A DNA stretch of 64,000 bases from the NCBI RefSeq assembly GCF_009914755.1, contig NC_060940.1. One strand, written 5' to 3'. This DNA comes from the human T2T-CHM13v2.0 reference genome, Homo sapiens. Made by a program: the position numbers and the translations under genes. The notes beneath the pieces were generated by a model that made no database searches, was not told the origin of the DNA, and worked only from the letters and a program-made list of their open reading frames with translations. This document shows, piece after piece, positions 1-13,169 of this stretch (position 1 is its first letter; each line of letters starts with the position of its first letter).

Positions 1-149
1 TCTCTATTTTACAGAATTAATCCCACAAATTCAGTGACATTTCAATTAAAATACAATATGGCTTTATGATGTTACTTGACTCTGAAGTGTAAATGGAGAA
101 GTAAAATTACAATAATAGCAAGATGTTTCTAAAGAGGGTAAGGGATTGA

Positions 150-655
150 TCAGCATCAAGTAAATCTTTGCTACACCTTGGTAAGAATTTGGAGTACTGT
201 ATTTTGTAATTATTTTGCAATGAGTATGCATTTTGGGCTCACTTTGGGGTTGCAAGGAGTTATCTGATCTTTCTAGTTATTTTGTAAATGAGGCAAGAAT
301 AGAGAGAAAGTAACCAAAGACTCCAGCAATTACAGAGGCAATGGTGAGAACTGGTCAAATCTGACATAAAATTTTCAAGTGGGTTTACTGATGTTTTGGA
401 TATGAGATGTGAATAAAACAGAGGAAACAATCATATATTGTCAGTTTGGGTCCTGAGCAACTGGGTGAGTAATGATGTCATTTTTTGAAACAGAGAATGT
501 TGGGAGAGGGCTGGAATTTGGAAAAGGATGAACCCTTCTCTTTGGCCATATTGAGATTTCTAGTAGATAAGAAACAAGAAACCAGGCAATTAGATATATG
601 AACCTGGAACTTAGGGGAGAAGTAGGGGATAGGGTTTACATTTGAGAGTCACCGG
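150..655 (-). mobile_element. L2 (LINE-2) fragment
   Basis: Resembles the reverse complement of the L2 body, e.g. ctgagcaactgggtgagtaatgatgtcatt and gaacctggaacttaggggagaagt...atttgagagtcacc. Highly diverged; ends approximate. Confidence 0.7.
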
Positions 656-1509
656 GGTCCTGTTTATCAACCAGCTGTGCTAGTGCTGTACAGGCAGAAG
701 GTGAGGTTCTAGCTCCTCTCTCTAGAACTGACCACCACCCCATCAAGTGCATGTATCTGTCAGGGCTTGCCTCTAGAGAACCCGAGAGAATAAAAAGGTA
801 TTAAATATCCAGATTATTAAAAATACAACCCTTTAGCCTAACAAACAACATTGTCTAATTTCTAGTGGGTTTGAATTAGAATTCTGCCATGAGGAAATGT
901 CCATCCATAAAGTTTTGATATTTTGTTCTTTTGGTTACTTCCAAAACTTCCCTTAAAAATTGAGTCCTTATCCAACTTTATCTCTTTTGAAGAATGATGA
1001 TCCGAAAAGCACAGGTTCGTTCTCAATTTAATTTACAATTTTGTTAGACTTAACACAGTTTTAAGTGGGATGATTTGTGCTCTCAATTAGCTGTGTCTAA
1101 AATATTCTTCTGCCACCAAAATGATTCCTAGAATATTTACGTTTAATATACTTTTTAATAGGTTCCAAATCACAGAATAGTAAATGTGTAAACTTCTTGG
1201 AAAATAAATAACATCACTAAAATGGAATATGTATACACTTTAATTGCATTATCTAATTTCTTTTAAATATGTTTTGGAAGAGAATGATGTTTAACCTAAA
1301 ATTATACAGTGGTGCCTGCATCCCTGTATATAACAGGTTGTGTCTCAAATTTATCTTAAGAATATAGAAAAGCTGTTTAAAAAACAAACAAACAACAACA
1401 ACTACAACAAAAACCTGTGAGGATTCTTTATAGTGCATAGTAATCCTGATACAGATATTTTTTAAATCTATATTTCTCACAGATTTTCTGCAGTTATGTT
1501 TACAAAGTA

Positions 1510-1630
1510 TCACTAGTTCTATGCCCTTGGATAGATTTCATTTCTCAGCAGATCAGATTTCCACATACATAAATTTGGAAATGACAGTGTCTGCTTTTTT
1601 CAATTCTGTGTTAGTCATATAGGAGGGCTT
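1510..1630 (+). mobile_element. Degraded MIR core fragment
   Basis: ctagttctatgcccttggatag...cagatttccacatacataaatttggaaatgaca resembles the MIR core (gtgaccttgggcaag...cagtttcctcatctgtaaaatggggataat). Confidence 0.45.
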
Positions 1631-1646
1631 GAGAATGGTGAGAAGA

Positions 1647-1939
1647 GCTGGGCGTGTTGGCTCATGCCTGTAATTCCAGCACTTTGGGAAGCCTAGGTGG
1701 GTGGATTGCTTGAGTCCAGGAGTTCGAGAGCAGCCTGGGCAAAGTGGCGAAACCCTGTCTCTACAAAAAAAAAAAAAAAAAAAAAAAAAAAATTAGCGAG
1801 GTGTGGTGGTGAATGCCTGTGGTCCCAACTCTTTAGGAGGCTGAGGTGGGAGAAATCACCTGAGCCCGGGAGGCAGAGGCTGCAGTGAGTCGCTATCTCA
1901 CCACTGCATTCCATCCTGGGTGACAGTGTGAGACCCTAT

Positions 1940-1987
<48 letters not shown>

Positions 1988-1995
1988 GGAAGAGA
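1647..1995 (+). mobile_element. AluJ-type SINE, full dimer, with an A28 linker and a (CA)n tail
   Basis: Left and right Alu arms with J-type diagnostics (ggattgcttgagtccaggagttcgag, gaggctgcagtgag). TSD gagaatggtgagaagag (1631-1647) / gagagtggtgagaagag (1996-2012). Confidence 0.93.
1942..1985. repeat. (CA)n microsatellite, about 22 units
   Basis: Directly visible; occupies the Alu tail position. Confidence 0.97.
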
Positions 1996-3384
1996 GAGAG
2001 TGGTGAGAAGAGAAACTAGAAACTTATTCTCCCCAATACACACAGTGTTTAATATTGCATTAAGAGTATTTCTTAATAAATAATTCAGAAATTTATAGAA
2101 AGTGGGAGGCCTCCTAGCATAGGGATCACATCCAGCATACCTAATGTTGGCTTCCTTGATTCCTAATTGCTGAACAAGAGGGCTCCCAATGACCCTGATA
2201 ATGGGACATCTTTGTAGTTCATCTTCAATTTCTGTTTTAGCCACAGTCTTTTCTTCACTTGGAACTTTCATCATCACCCAGGAAGCAATTATACAGGAAC
2301 TTACTCCTCCTGCCTATTAAAACACATTCAGCAGTAGCTAAGCTATGTTTTGTGGAAAGAAGAGCAAGTCACTGTGCAGGTACCCTGGGATGTAGTGCTG
2401 CTTTAATACCATTGGTGAGCCAGAAAACTTTAGGCCATGAGGAGTTTGTTTGAAGTGTTTTAGTCCTTAAACAATAAACTTCAGGGAATTTGGCTCAAAG
2501 GTTTGAATAAATGCATGTTATGCAGAGTGAATAGTGAGGTACACAAAGGTCAATGTGAAGTGAGACTGTTGAGTCAATTTCCTCATGCTTATAATTATTG
2601 CTGGAAATTATTGTTGGGGTTGATAATAATTTGCAACTGACGTTAAGTTCAGTTATTTCTTCCATCTCCAGGTGAATATTCAGGTTTGTTCTTCATGGCA
2701 CATGTATTTACGACTGGTGAAAAGTACCATTAAAGGTCAATAGATGTATTTGTATCAGTAAGGTAATTCCTGCCTAAGCTTCACATTTACTGTGAACAGG
2801 TAAATGGCTGAATAAATAAATGGCTGATTTTAATGCAAATGTAAATGAGTTTACATATATAACTAATTAATATTTTAATTAAACTAAAGGTTTTCCACAG
2901 TTTAGCAGTCACAGCTTCAATAAATGAAATCACTTAATTGGTGCGTGTCTATTTTTCTTTTAAATCTGCTTATGAGGACTTTAAAAAATATAAAGTGAAA
3001 AGAGATAATCATTTTATTGATTAAGGAGTAGGAAGTGTTTAGGAATTTCACTATATATTCTAAAGGGAGATGCTGGCATTAATGAATTCATTAGTTGTGC
3101 ATATTTAATTACTCTTATACATCTTATTCAGATTCTAAAATTATTTTTCTGGTTATGATATAAGAAGTGTTTAAGGATTTCAGGATATATCTTAAGAAGT
3201 GGCATTGGCATAAATAGAAGCAATATTTTTTAAAATCTTTATTGTTGTTCTAAAATGATGCTAATCTAATGTAAAGTTATGAACAGAAAAAATAGAAAGC
3301 AGAAATAAAAACACTACAACTGAATTCCCCAGGGAGAACTCTACATGAATTAGTGCATCGTCCAAAGGTCTTCATTTGTGTCTG

Positions 3385-3436
3385 TGTCAGTCTGTTTTTT
3401 CCTGTCAGTCTGTCTTTTCCTGTCAGTCTGTCAGTA
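3385..3436. repeat. 18-bp tandem repeat (tgtcagtctgtYttttcc), about 2.6 copies
   Basis: Units start at 3385, 3403 and 3421. Confidence 0.85.
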
Positions 3437-3661
3437 TCTGACACTCTGCTGCCTTCCCCTCTTCTGTATCTCACTTTGCATGTCTTATCTACCTAACTGC
3501 CTGACCCTGTGTCTTTCTTTCTTGCTTTCGTTCTCTGCCCCTTTCTCTTTCTCCTTTAAATGTATGTTTATGTGTGCAAGTAAAGTTACAATTATATATA
3601 TTTTAGCAACTTTCATTTTTTATTTAACGATATTGCATAGACCTATGTAAAATATTACTGA

Positions 3662-3986
3662 AAGTATTTCCACCTTTATCCATGGGAGATTTAAACAGCT
3701 GTAGTGGATGTCTGAAACCTCGAACCTTATATATACGGTGCTTCTTCATATATATACATAAGATGTTAAAGTTTAATTTATAAATTACACGTGGGAAGAG
3801 ATCAATAACAATAATGATAAAATATAACAATTATAACAATATACTGTAGTCAAAATTACGTGAATGTGGCCTCTCGCTCTCTTTCAAAATATCTTATTGT
3901 ACTGGACTCACCTATTTTTAGACCTCAGTTGACTCCAAGTAACTTAAATTGTGGAAAGCAAAATTGCAGATAAGAGGGGACCACTG
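3662..3986 (-). mobile_element. MER44A-like non-autonomous TcMar-Tigger DNA transposon
   Basis: Degenerate terminal inverted repeats (agtatttccacctttatccatgg ... gcagataagaggggaccactg). The internal sequence matches the reverse complement of MER44A (aaagtttaatttataaatta, caaaatatcttattgtactg). Confidence 0.85.
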
Positions 3987-4469
3987 TGTATGTAAATTAC
4001 CACTAGAAATTGAACAAGTGCTGACTATTTTAGAAAAGACATGTGTATCACCAAAGTATTATATACACATATAGAAAGTGATAGAAAACATATGAGGACT
4101 GCACACCTCAGCACTTTATCAAATGCAAAGATTTTCTACTGACAATTCAGACATTGTAAGTAATCACAAGAAAATATGGAATTGATAGTTTCTGAATGCC
4201 CCAACCCAACATGCATGCCACTGCATCTCATTGTAGTTGTATTAATAATAGGGTGTTTTCCTAATTATTAGGAGAATTGAGAATCTTCTAACACATACTA
4301 CTATTCAATTGTCATCTTCCATGAATTCCTTTTTTATTTACAACACTATTTTTTAAAATTTCTTTCTATAATGATTTTTACAGACAATTGTTGATTACAT
4401 TTACCAAATAATATTGATGGTTTTTGTCATTGGTGCTTTAAAGGGAGGCCTTATGGGTGCTAAATTCTA

Positions 4470-4573
4470 TTTCTCCTCCTCTTCCTCCTCCTTTTTCACC
4501 TTCTTCATCTTTTGTCTCCATCTTCTTTCTCTTCTCCTCCTCCTCTTACTCCTTTTCTGCTCCCCCTTCTTCT
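4470..4573. repeat. CT-rich polypyrimidine low-complexity tract
   Basis: About 100 bp of almost only C/T (tcc/ttc units). Confidence 0.85.
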
Positions 4574-4589
4574 CAGAAGTTCCCTAATA

Positions 4590-5950
4590 TTACCTTCATT
4601 TTTTCTTGCACCTTACATTTTAACTTATCTTTGTATTCTGCAGTTTTATTAGCATGCATTTGGATGCACACAATATAGTATTCATCCTCTTTAGACTCAT
4701 AGTGTCATTTCAATTCAATCATGCATGTTTTTCTTCATTTCTGAAAAAAAATGAACTTTTCAAATATTACACCTTTTAATTTCCTCTCTTCTTTTCTAAA
4801 ACAATGTAATTCTGTAGTGACATCTCAATGTCTCCTCCATGTGTGTTTAATTTCAGTCCTGCATAGTGGACTCTGTATTTTCTTTTCACTAATTCTATCC
4901 TCTGCTCTGTGCAATATTAACGTTGTTTTTGCCTTTTATTTCAATTGCTGTATTCAACATTTATAGCCTTTTGTTTTTGTCTTTTTCATGTCTTCATATA
5001 TTCTTGTTCTTTTGTGTTGTTCTTTTGTGGTTTCTTTTTTTTTAATTAAATGTTAATTACCTCTCTCTCTGAAGATTTGGGACTTCATTAATTTTAAATT
5101 ATTTTGTTTTTCTGTCAGTTTCCATTTTTTGATGGATTCGTTTCCTCGTGTATTTAATGCTTGCGATTCTTTACATATGTTGACTTAATATTTGTGATTC
5201 TTTATGTTAGTATGGTTTATATTTTATGTAGGCTTATGTTGACTAAGACTCAATCCATTTTTCTCTCTCTCTCTGTCTCTCTCTATCTCTCTTTCTATCC
5301 TCATTATCACCTAGGGGTTTTGTCAGGGCAACCGTCTTCCTCCTTCCCCCTCCCCTTTATGACAGTCCTGCTTCTGAGGTCAGAATCTTGGCATTTTCAC
5401 CCCTCTTTGATAATGGGGATGTGACGTAGGCTGTCACTCTGCCCATGTGGATTGATCAGTTCCTGGCTGTGAGGCTGCTTGTGCTTTCCATCCTCTTTTT
5501 TTCTACATTACATAAGCCAAAGCTGCAGCAAATTGCAGCTTTCATCAGCATCTGTTCAGGGTCAGAGATGAGCCTTTCCAGCCTGTGGTCTCAAGCCATA
5601 AAGTCTGACTCCAAACCCAGCCATGTGTTGGTCACTTTATTCCCTATTGCTTGACAAAAACGAACAGTCCCTGCCACAAATGTTTGCTTCTGAACCAGGA
5701 GCCATGCAAGACCCCAGAATTAGCTCTGCTTGCCTTATTACATTTCTTGCTTTTCTGCCTTTCTGTTCTAATCTGCTCTGTGGAAGTGGTTTCTGTTTTT
5801 TCTCTTGTTGAGTGCTACAATGTCTTTTCAGATTTCTATTTTATAGTTTATATAAAATTGCTAGGATGTGTTTAGTGCTGGCTGCAGTATGGGGATTTAA
5901 AATCTGAATTTAGAATGTTTTTCTGGCTGTAATTTAGGAATGCCCTTTGA
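4590..5950 (-). mobile_element. Ancient L1M/HAL1-like ORF1 and 5' region fragment
   Basis: T-rich, degenerate antisense ORF1-like sequence (ttcactaattctatcctctgctctgtg) followed by more GC-rich 5'UTR-like sequence. Family uncertain. Confidence 0.45.
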
Positions 5951-5999
5951 ATGCACTTATAATAATGTCATTGCTTCCATTATTTTTCTGTTGCTTTTC

Positions 6000-7900
6000 T
6001 GTTGTTTCACTTAAGTATTTGAAGTGAAACTTTCTACATTAAAAATAGTAAAGGTTTCTTTGCTGTGTGTGTTTTATCCTAACTATATCTTATGTAAAAG
6101 GATTTAAAGACATGCAGCTTTTAAAATTTTTAAATGATTTTAATGTTGTCAGACATCAATTTTTACTTTTATAATTTATTGGCTTGATGATTTGCATCGA
6201 AAAACTTATTTGCAGGAAAATAAGAAGATAAGACTTCTAGTTTGTTTGTTTAAATATTTTTTGTCTCTATAGTTTATTTTGATAAATAAAAGAGTGACAT
6301 AGGAATCTCTGTCTCCCCATGAGGGTTTACCAGTATACCAACATAATTTTTAGTAATTTATTATTTCTCCCTTTTTTTAAGTGAGAAATTGCATTTTCTC
6401 ATGTGCTAAGTTTGCATACATATTTGTTGAATTTTTGGACCTCATTATCTTCCTTCAATTGATCTATCATGTATTTTATGTGCTATAGATTTATAATTTA
6501 TTAAAATATTTAAAAGATGTGGTAATGCCTTTTTATTCTGTTCCTTCATTCTTTTTTTTCTTCCTAGCTAGTTCCACAATTTTGGCCTTTTAAATAAATT
6601 TCTGTGCCAGAGCTCTTACACAAACATATATGAATTTAACTTATAAACATTTATTGTAACTGACTTGAAAACAAAACAAAAGGCAAAGAAAGAGTTTCAG
6701 TCAATCATGAACAGTCAAATAACTACAAAAAGAAACCTCCCATCAGATCATAGCCAAATAGGGCAAATGCCTCATGACACTATATTCAAATAAGGGAAAA
6801 GCCTAGCTATAGTCAATCAAATAATTCCTTTCCTTTGCTTCCATGTTCAGCCTACTAAAGCTCACTGCTTATGTTGCTGGGACAAAGCTCTCTGAACTTC
6901 TTCTGGTTCTGAGTGCTGCCCAATTCATGAGTTGTTCCTTACTCAAATAAACTGTTGAATGTATTTTTCTAAAGTTTTTCTTTTAATAAAATTCATGACA
7001 AATTCATTTAACGTACATATCAACGTAAGAATTCGTAAGTTGAGTATTCTTGTAAAGATTTTAGATCTCTCTGTACCCAATCTAATCTTTATGCTCTTCA
7101 TTACATAAAGACTATATGCATTTCTTGAGGTTCATGATTAATTATTGAAAGATCTTTATCATTATGAGGATTTCATTTCTTCTTTTATATTTTTAGCCAG
7201 CTGTGATTTATGCATAAAGAAACCATTGATTTATTTCACTCATTTAATAGTTGACAACATCAGTGCATTCTCTTAATATTTCAATTTTAAAAAAATTTAT
7301 TACCCATGGATTTTCTAATAATACATTTCTATAATTTCAAAATGATTATAAACTTGCCCACTTTTTTTCCAAAATATGCCAATTAGATTTCTTTCTCTTT
7401 CCTATATTCTTCTGTAGTCCTTTCAAAATAGTGTTTAACACTGTGGTTATTATGAACACTTGCATCTTTATTTTTACCATAATAAAATAATATTTTAACA
7501 TTTCACAATCATACGTGATGCTAATTATTGACCTTTAAATTTTTAAAAATGTCTTAATTCCTATTAAGATGACTATATTATAAAATCTACCAAAACCACA
7601 TCATTCTTATAGTTTTGAATTAAACCTCAATTGGCCATGATATATTACTCTATAATGGAATTCAATATGCTAACAGTTTATTTTTCATTTCCTGTTCAGA
7701 GATGAGATTGGAATCTAGTGTTTTTACTTTTGTGTTATATTTAGCAGGTATTGGTGTTTGTGAGAATACACCATTTGAGAAATATTATTTCTGCTGCCCT
7801 ACATGGGAATAGAGTTTAATTTTGAAAATGACTTTATTCAGAATGAAATTATACAAAATTGAGACCCACTGGTTTGATTTTAGAGTTATTCATGAAATAA
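6000..7900 (-). mobile_element. Ancient L1ME-type ORF2 fragments, interrupted by an LTR
   Basis: Degenerate antisense ORF2 phrases (cagtataccaacataatttt, aaccattgatttatt, gagatgagattggaatctagtgttttt). Confidence 0.55.
6655..6987 (+). mobile_element. ERV1 (MER4-group) LTR fragment, MER57-like
   Basis: ccaaatagggcaaatgcc / caaataagggaaaagcctagctatagtcaatca, gctctctgaacttcttctggttctgagtgctgcccaattcatga, AATAAA, and the terminus aaagtttttcttttaata are typical of MER57-family LTR 3' halves. Confidence 0.7.
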
Positions 7901-7967
7901 TTCCAAATAAATGTAGAATGTGAGGGAAAAGGAAATTGCTGCACAGAAAAACTTTATTTAATTATAA

Positions 7968-8290
7968 CTCAATAACAAATATTTACTATGAATGTTTTAT
8001 ATACCAAATTCTGGGATATGGGAATTGAAAAAAAGTAGTATTTTTGGAAGACAGTTCCAGCTTCAAGAAGCTTACATTCTAGTGAGGGGCAGTGAGAGTA
8101 AACAAATAGACTAATATCACTATTTTAAAGTTACTGTATTTATATATAAACTCTTATGATAGAAAATGAGCCAAGTAAGGTGAGTCAAAGTGAATGAAAG
8201 GTGAAAAATGAAGGATGACCTCTATTAAGCTGTTAAGGAGAGGCCTCCAGAGATGATATTTGAGCTGATATATCCAAAGCACAAAACAAA
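7968..8290 (-). mobile_element. L2 3' end fragment
   Basis: caataacaaatatttact...cttcaagaagcttacattctagtgagggg matches the antisense L2 3' terminus. Confidence 0.7.
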
Positions 8291-8896
8291 ATTACTCAAA
8301 TGGTATTTTTATGAAATACAAAGGACAAATGTGGCACTTAAAATTATCTCTCCTTTCTGTCTTTGGCACACACAGTAAATTTTAAGTTTCTTTGGTAATA
8401 AATATCTAAAAAGATTTTCATGTATGAGACGCAAAGATATGAATCTTTCTGGTATTTACACCCTAATCTGTGCATGCAAGAAGAGGAAGCCATCAGAGTG
8501 AATCCCTTGGCAAAGTTTACACATATTTCAGCAATGCAGCTATGACTCAATATATTTAGAGACTCGTCTCTGGATATTACTCCCACAGCTTATGAGACAT
8601 AAGAAATTGTGCTTCGCTATTTTGTATTCATACTGGATTGGGACTGCACATTAGCTTGACAACAAGCCCAATTTGCCAGTCTTGGCTCTGAGTGACTAAT
8701 TTTAGATGTTCACAAATGTTAGCGATGTTGCATCCAAACAATAATAGTTTACATAATTGTTCTGGCACCACGGTATAAAATAGGATGCCTCTTCCCACTC
8801 CAGGTACCAAAAGAATGATTTGTAAAAGCTTTTAGGAATACCTCAGTAAGGAATCTTCCCCTCGAAAATTAAAAAAAATAATAAAATAATTCTAAT

Positions 8897-9008
8897 TATA
8901 AGCTCCTGAAGGGAAGAGTTTGTGTTTTCTCATACATTTTTTAACTGTTAGTTTTAACCTGGCCTATTGTTTGGAGTTCTCAGTAAATGTGTGTTCAGTG
9001 AATGAAAT
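8897..9008 (+). mobile_element. L2 3' terminal fragment
   Basis: taagctcctgaagggaagag...ctcagtaaatgtgtgttcagtgaatgaa. Confidence 0.65.
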
Positions 9009-9239
9009 ATATCTAATTCTATGTTTAATAGCAATTGAAGAATTTGTTGAGAAGCTACTGTACCCTACAGAGTAAGCTTTGTTTAATATACTGCAGGGTA
9101 ATCTAATGAATACATATTTATTCAAATTACAAATAAAGCAATTTAGGACTACAGGGAGAGAGGTCTGGTTGTTAACTATCTGAATATTGCAACCAGAATA
9201 GCATTGGTGAATTCCTTTGCTAGGAGGGGCATTGCAAGT

Positions 9240-9350
9240 GAGTCAACCAGTATTTAAAAAGCATTAATCATAGGTCTTGTTCTAGGAGTTGTGGATACAG
9301 CAATGAGTGCTAATAGGTCCTTGCCCTCAAGTAACTTCCTCATATTCTAA
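9240..9350 (-). mobile_element. L2 3' terminal fragment
   Basis: tcaaccagtattta...gttctaggagttgtggatacagcaatgag...gtccttgccctcaag. Confidence 0.6.
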
Positions 9351-12300
9351 TGTCCTCATAGTCTCATATTCTCTTTTCTCTCTTGTCCAATATCTACAGC
9401 TTTAAAAACATTTCCAATCTAGTCCTCTTTCTCTGCCTGATGTAATTACTTCTGCTTTTAAAAATAGATGGAATACTTTCAGGAATCTGAGTTGAAACAT
9501 ACTAAATATATAAATAATTGCAGAGATCTCATTTTCTTTTCCAGCTACTAATCATAGTTCAGTGTTTAATATAGAGAGATATTTTCAAGAGAACATAAAG
9601 TATTTACTGTCATTTATCTGTTGCTCAGACAATAGCATTCTTTTGTGGTACTGGAGCTTCTCGAAAGACAGAAAATCCTACCAAATGGATGATTTATGCA
9701 AACCCTCAGGGTGAAATGTCCTATGCACATACAATCTGTCAAAAAGTTCTGATGTGAGAGATTCTGATGACCTTAGTAGAGTCTGAAGAAAGGGACAACA
9801 GAGCTGAGAATTTTCTTCTAAGTAAAGATAACATGGAAGCTACTATTCCATAAGTCCCTCCTTTGTGGTTTCCTGGATCCCCCTCTCATATTCCTGTCCT
9901 GTTGTGGTAATCATTAGTGACAGCTTCTTGTGATAGTTCATTGTCTTGTGGTGATATTTCTTTTTAATTGATTCTTATTTATTACACATAGGCTTCAGAA
10001 ATAATAAATCCTCAGTCAGGTAATACATTTTTGTTAGTAATGACAGTAACTAATAGAACAGTTCAACTCTCTTAAAATTAGCTTTCTGAAAACATCTGAT
10101 TGTCTTGAGCAATAGTATCATCCATCATCCAAATACCCACCTATTCATTTATTTATTCTTCCTTTAAACAAATATTTGAATTCCTATCATGCATTGGAAA
10201 TTGTGTTAATAGTTCAAGGTCCCCTACAGAATTGATTGTTCATTAATATGTTTTAAGAATTTTGAAAGGGAACAATCCAAATTTGTATGTGTACCTTTAT
10301 GTACCTCATAAATAAATAAATTCTCTTCACTTTATCAAACTTACTTGCCTGTTGTGCTCTTCCACAATCCATTTTGCTAATGTGTCATGGGCTTGGACTG
10401 TTTTAAAATTTGTTCTTACAAGTATATTGTGCATTTGCATATGAAGGCAATTCCTTTCAAATTATCACTTACCATTATGGAAAGCAACAACCCAAGATGC
10501 ATTCATGCAGAGAGTTTTTAGGAAATACATCTGTTTTGAGTCTCTTGAAACTGTTAGATATTGCTAGTGTGGCTTCTCAGATTTGCTTGCTAAATTAACC
10601 AGGTATAGTGATTAGAACAATAGACCGAGTGAAAAGTGTGTGGCAATTAATTTCCAGACATCTGGGAATCATCCACTAGTTTGCAAGCATCCTGAGGGAA
10701 GAAACACTGCCTTATTCAAAGGTATGTACTTCCAGGGCAGGTATGGTGCTGAAGATTATTTGTTGAATTGAAATATACTGAAGAAAATTACTATGTATCT
10801 CACTGGGTTTGTCTCTATGTAAAATGAAAACAGTATTCTCAATGGCCAGAAACATATTCTCTGATTGCCCTGCTGCCCAATCTGGCTTCTAATCACCTAA
10901 AGCCAGACCTTGAGTTTAAATGATTATGAAAAGAATTATAAGTGGCTATTCATTTACTTCCTTAGATAATGCCGAACATAATTATGTGTGGGAAATTTAA
11001 TACACAAAATTGCATCCTTGAGTTTTCAGTTTTACATTCCCACTAGTTTTATTTCAGTTGTCATGCCCATGCCCTTTCCTCAGTGTTTTAGAGAAAACAT
11101 CATGGAATCACAACAAAGAGAACCTTTTTTTTTTCTTAGAGGAAAATTGTTCTCATGCCCAAAGGTCCTAAGCCCAATGCAGATATAAATCATTTCAGGC
11201 TTGGAGAGCACAGACTTACTTTGATTTACTGATTTTTTCCCTCAATTCCCTTATAACCTTTCAGTGAGATTATACAAGTTCTTTTTTATTATATGCCATA
11301 CTCAGGGAAAAGTCCTCTGTTTATGCAAACAATCTTTGTAAGACAAAATTATTTCCTCTCATTGCTTCACAAACTCACAAAAATGTAGCCTGATTTCAGA
11401 AGTCCAAACATTAAATTTCTTGAGCTCAGGTGTAAATTGGAATTAGAAAAGGTGTGAAGCAATATAACTAAATTTTTATACTAACAAAAGGAATTAAAAA
11501 GAAAAGAAAACTCAACTTCTCCATATTAACAAACTCATAACCATTCAGGTTGAATTCGACTTTGGGTTAATTGCACTTTTGAATGCACGCTTGATTATGA
11601 GAGATGCAAATTAGACATTTGTATTGTTCTGATTTTTGTACCTGGGGAGTATTCTGCTTGTATGAAAGAAGGTTCTGCTTGATGTTAAGTTTTTTGGAAC
11701 TGTTCTAAAGCATCAGAATTTTTAGATTTGTGTGTATACTGCTCAACATGCAGGCAGGAAACAGCATGAAATGATTGCTTAATACTCTAATGTCTTTAAA
11801 TTACAGTCTTTATAAAGCTGCTTCATTGAACTGGTAGTTTTTTTCATAATTTTATTAGACAAATTGGCTTACATTGAAAATGTATAGTATATTAAGTCCA
11901 CAGAGCTAAAATAGTCAACTAGAGTTTGTACAATGATTATGAATATCCCAATATCTAATTTAAACTGTTATCATTATAAATAAATCATTGAAATACCCAA
12001 ACAACTCATGTTTATTATTCAAATTATTATTTTTCTGTGCACTTGCCACATTATTTATTCATTTAATAACCAGAGCTTCTAGACCCATGCATGTTTTTAT
12101 GAACAATCATAAAATGTTGCTTTGTGATATACAGAGCCAAAAATGTATTTCAAGGTTACCGTTTCTCAACAGCTAGTAGATCTTAATTACTAGTTGTGTG
12201 AAACAATGTCTTAGATATGCAAGTTTTTATTTTCAGAATTGCCTCATATGTATTCAGTGATACAGACTTCTAGCCAAGTGTTCTTATAGAAAGATGTAAA

Positions 12301-12449
12301 TTAGTTTTTATGAGCATTACGGTAGAAGAAACTGATCTATATTTGCAGAACTTCTCAGTGACGAATAAAGCCTTGATGTGAGGAGCCTGTGCTATGGCAG
12401 TTTGTGTTTATTACACACGAATTATTCCATTGAATATATATTTATTTGT

Positions 12450-13012
12450 ATTCATTGAATATGGACTACTTATCTACTAATAGTCAAGCACTGTTTGTTG
12501 TGGTCACATACATAATCACATTCAAATCTCACAACAACTGGGTTAGAAAGATGCTACTATTTCCAAATATAAACACAGCAGTTTATAGTGAAAAGGAGAA
12601 TCTTCTTGGAGTCCAAAAACACATAGTTTTTAACTAGTATTATCACTTATAGCTTATACTGTATAACTTTGGAATTGGCAGTCGATGTCACTGAGCTGAT
12701 TTATGTGAGGTTGGTCACATCACCTCACACATGGGAAGTTCTGTGTAAAGGCATGAGAATGTTAATATTCAGGGTGTTTCAAATATAATTTTAGATGAAG
12801 TAGCCTAACAAATGCAGAACACTTTGGAGAATTTGTAGCATGTAGGAGAGTATCAATAAATGTTCGTTTCCTCCCCAACTTCTCCCCATCCATGGCAACC
12901 ATTCAAAACCAGATGATGACTTGCTCAAAATCATACATCACGTGAGTGGCAAATCCACAACTACAACTTTTCATTCTAAGTTCAGAGCTTTGTTCAGTGG
13001 AATCAACTGCCT
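12450..13012. mobile_element. MIR (minus, two halves at about 12450-12570 and 12910-13012) interrupted by MIR-like sequence (plus, about 12575-12870)
   Basis: Antisense MIR 3' half (cattcaaatctcacaacaact) and 5' half (tgacttgctcaaaatcataca...ttcattctaagttcagagcttt) flank a sense MIR-like segment ending tatcaataaatgtt. Confidence 0.5.
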
Positions 13013-13169
13013 GCCTACTGTGGGACCATTGGTCTTTTATTTCAACATTTTAGGTTTAAATATTCTGTATCCCATCCATCCTTTTTGGATTGTGGCAGTG
13101 CCAAGGAATTGATCATTTTTAATATAAATACCATTTTTAGGAAATAGAAGAAGTTTCTCTCTACCTATC

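Noticed and set aside
1693-1914. ORFs over Alu elements (also 18720..18956, 32427..32790 and 44334..44798)
   Set aside because: Typical Alu-derived translations with poly-K or poly-F from A/T tracts.
1936-2277. 113-aa minus-strand ORF (MMMKVPSEEK...)
   Set aside because: No recognisable domain, and it runs into the (TG)n repeat (CVCVCV). Consistent with chance.
10229-10243. Short matches to Y1 RNA (aattgattgttca here; tatctcaattga near 26398)
   Set aside because: 12-13 nt AT-rich matches that do not extend; expected by chance.
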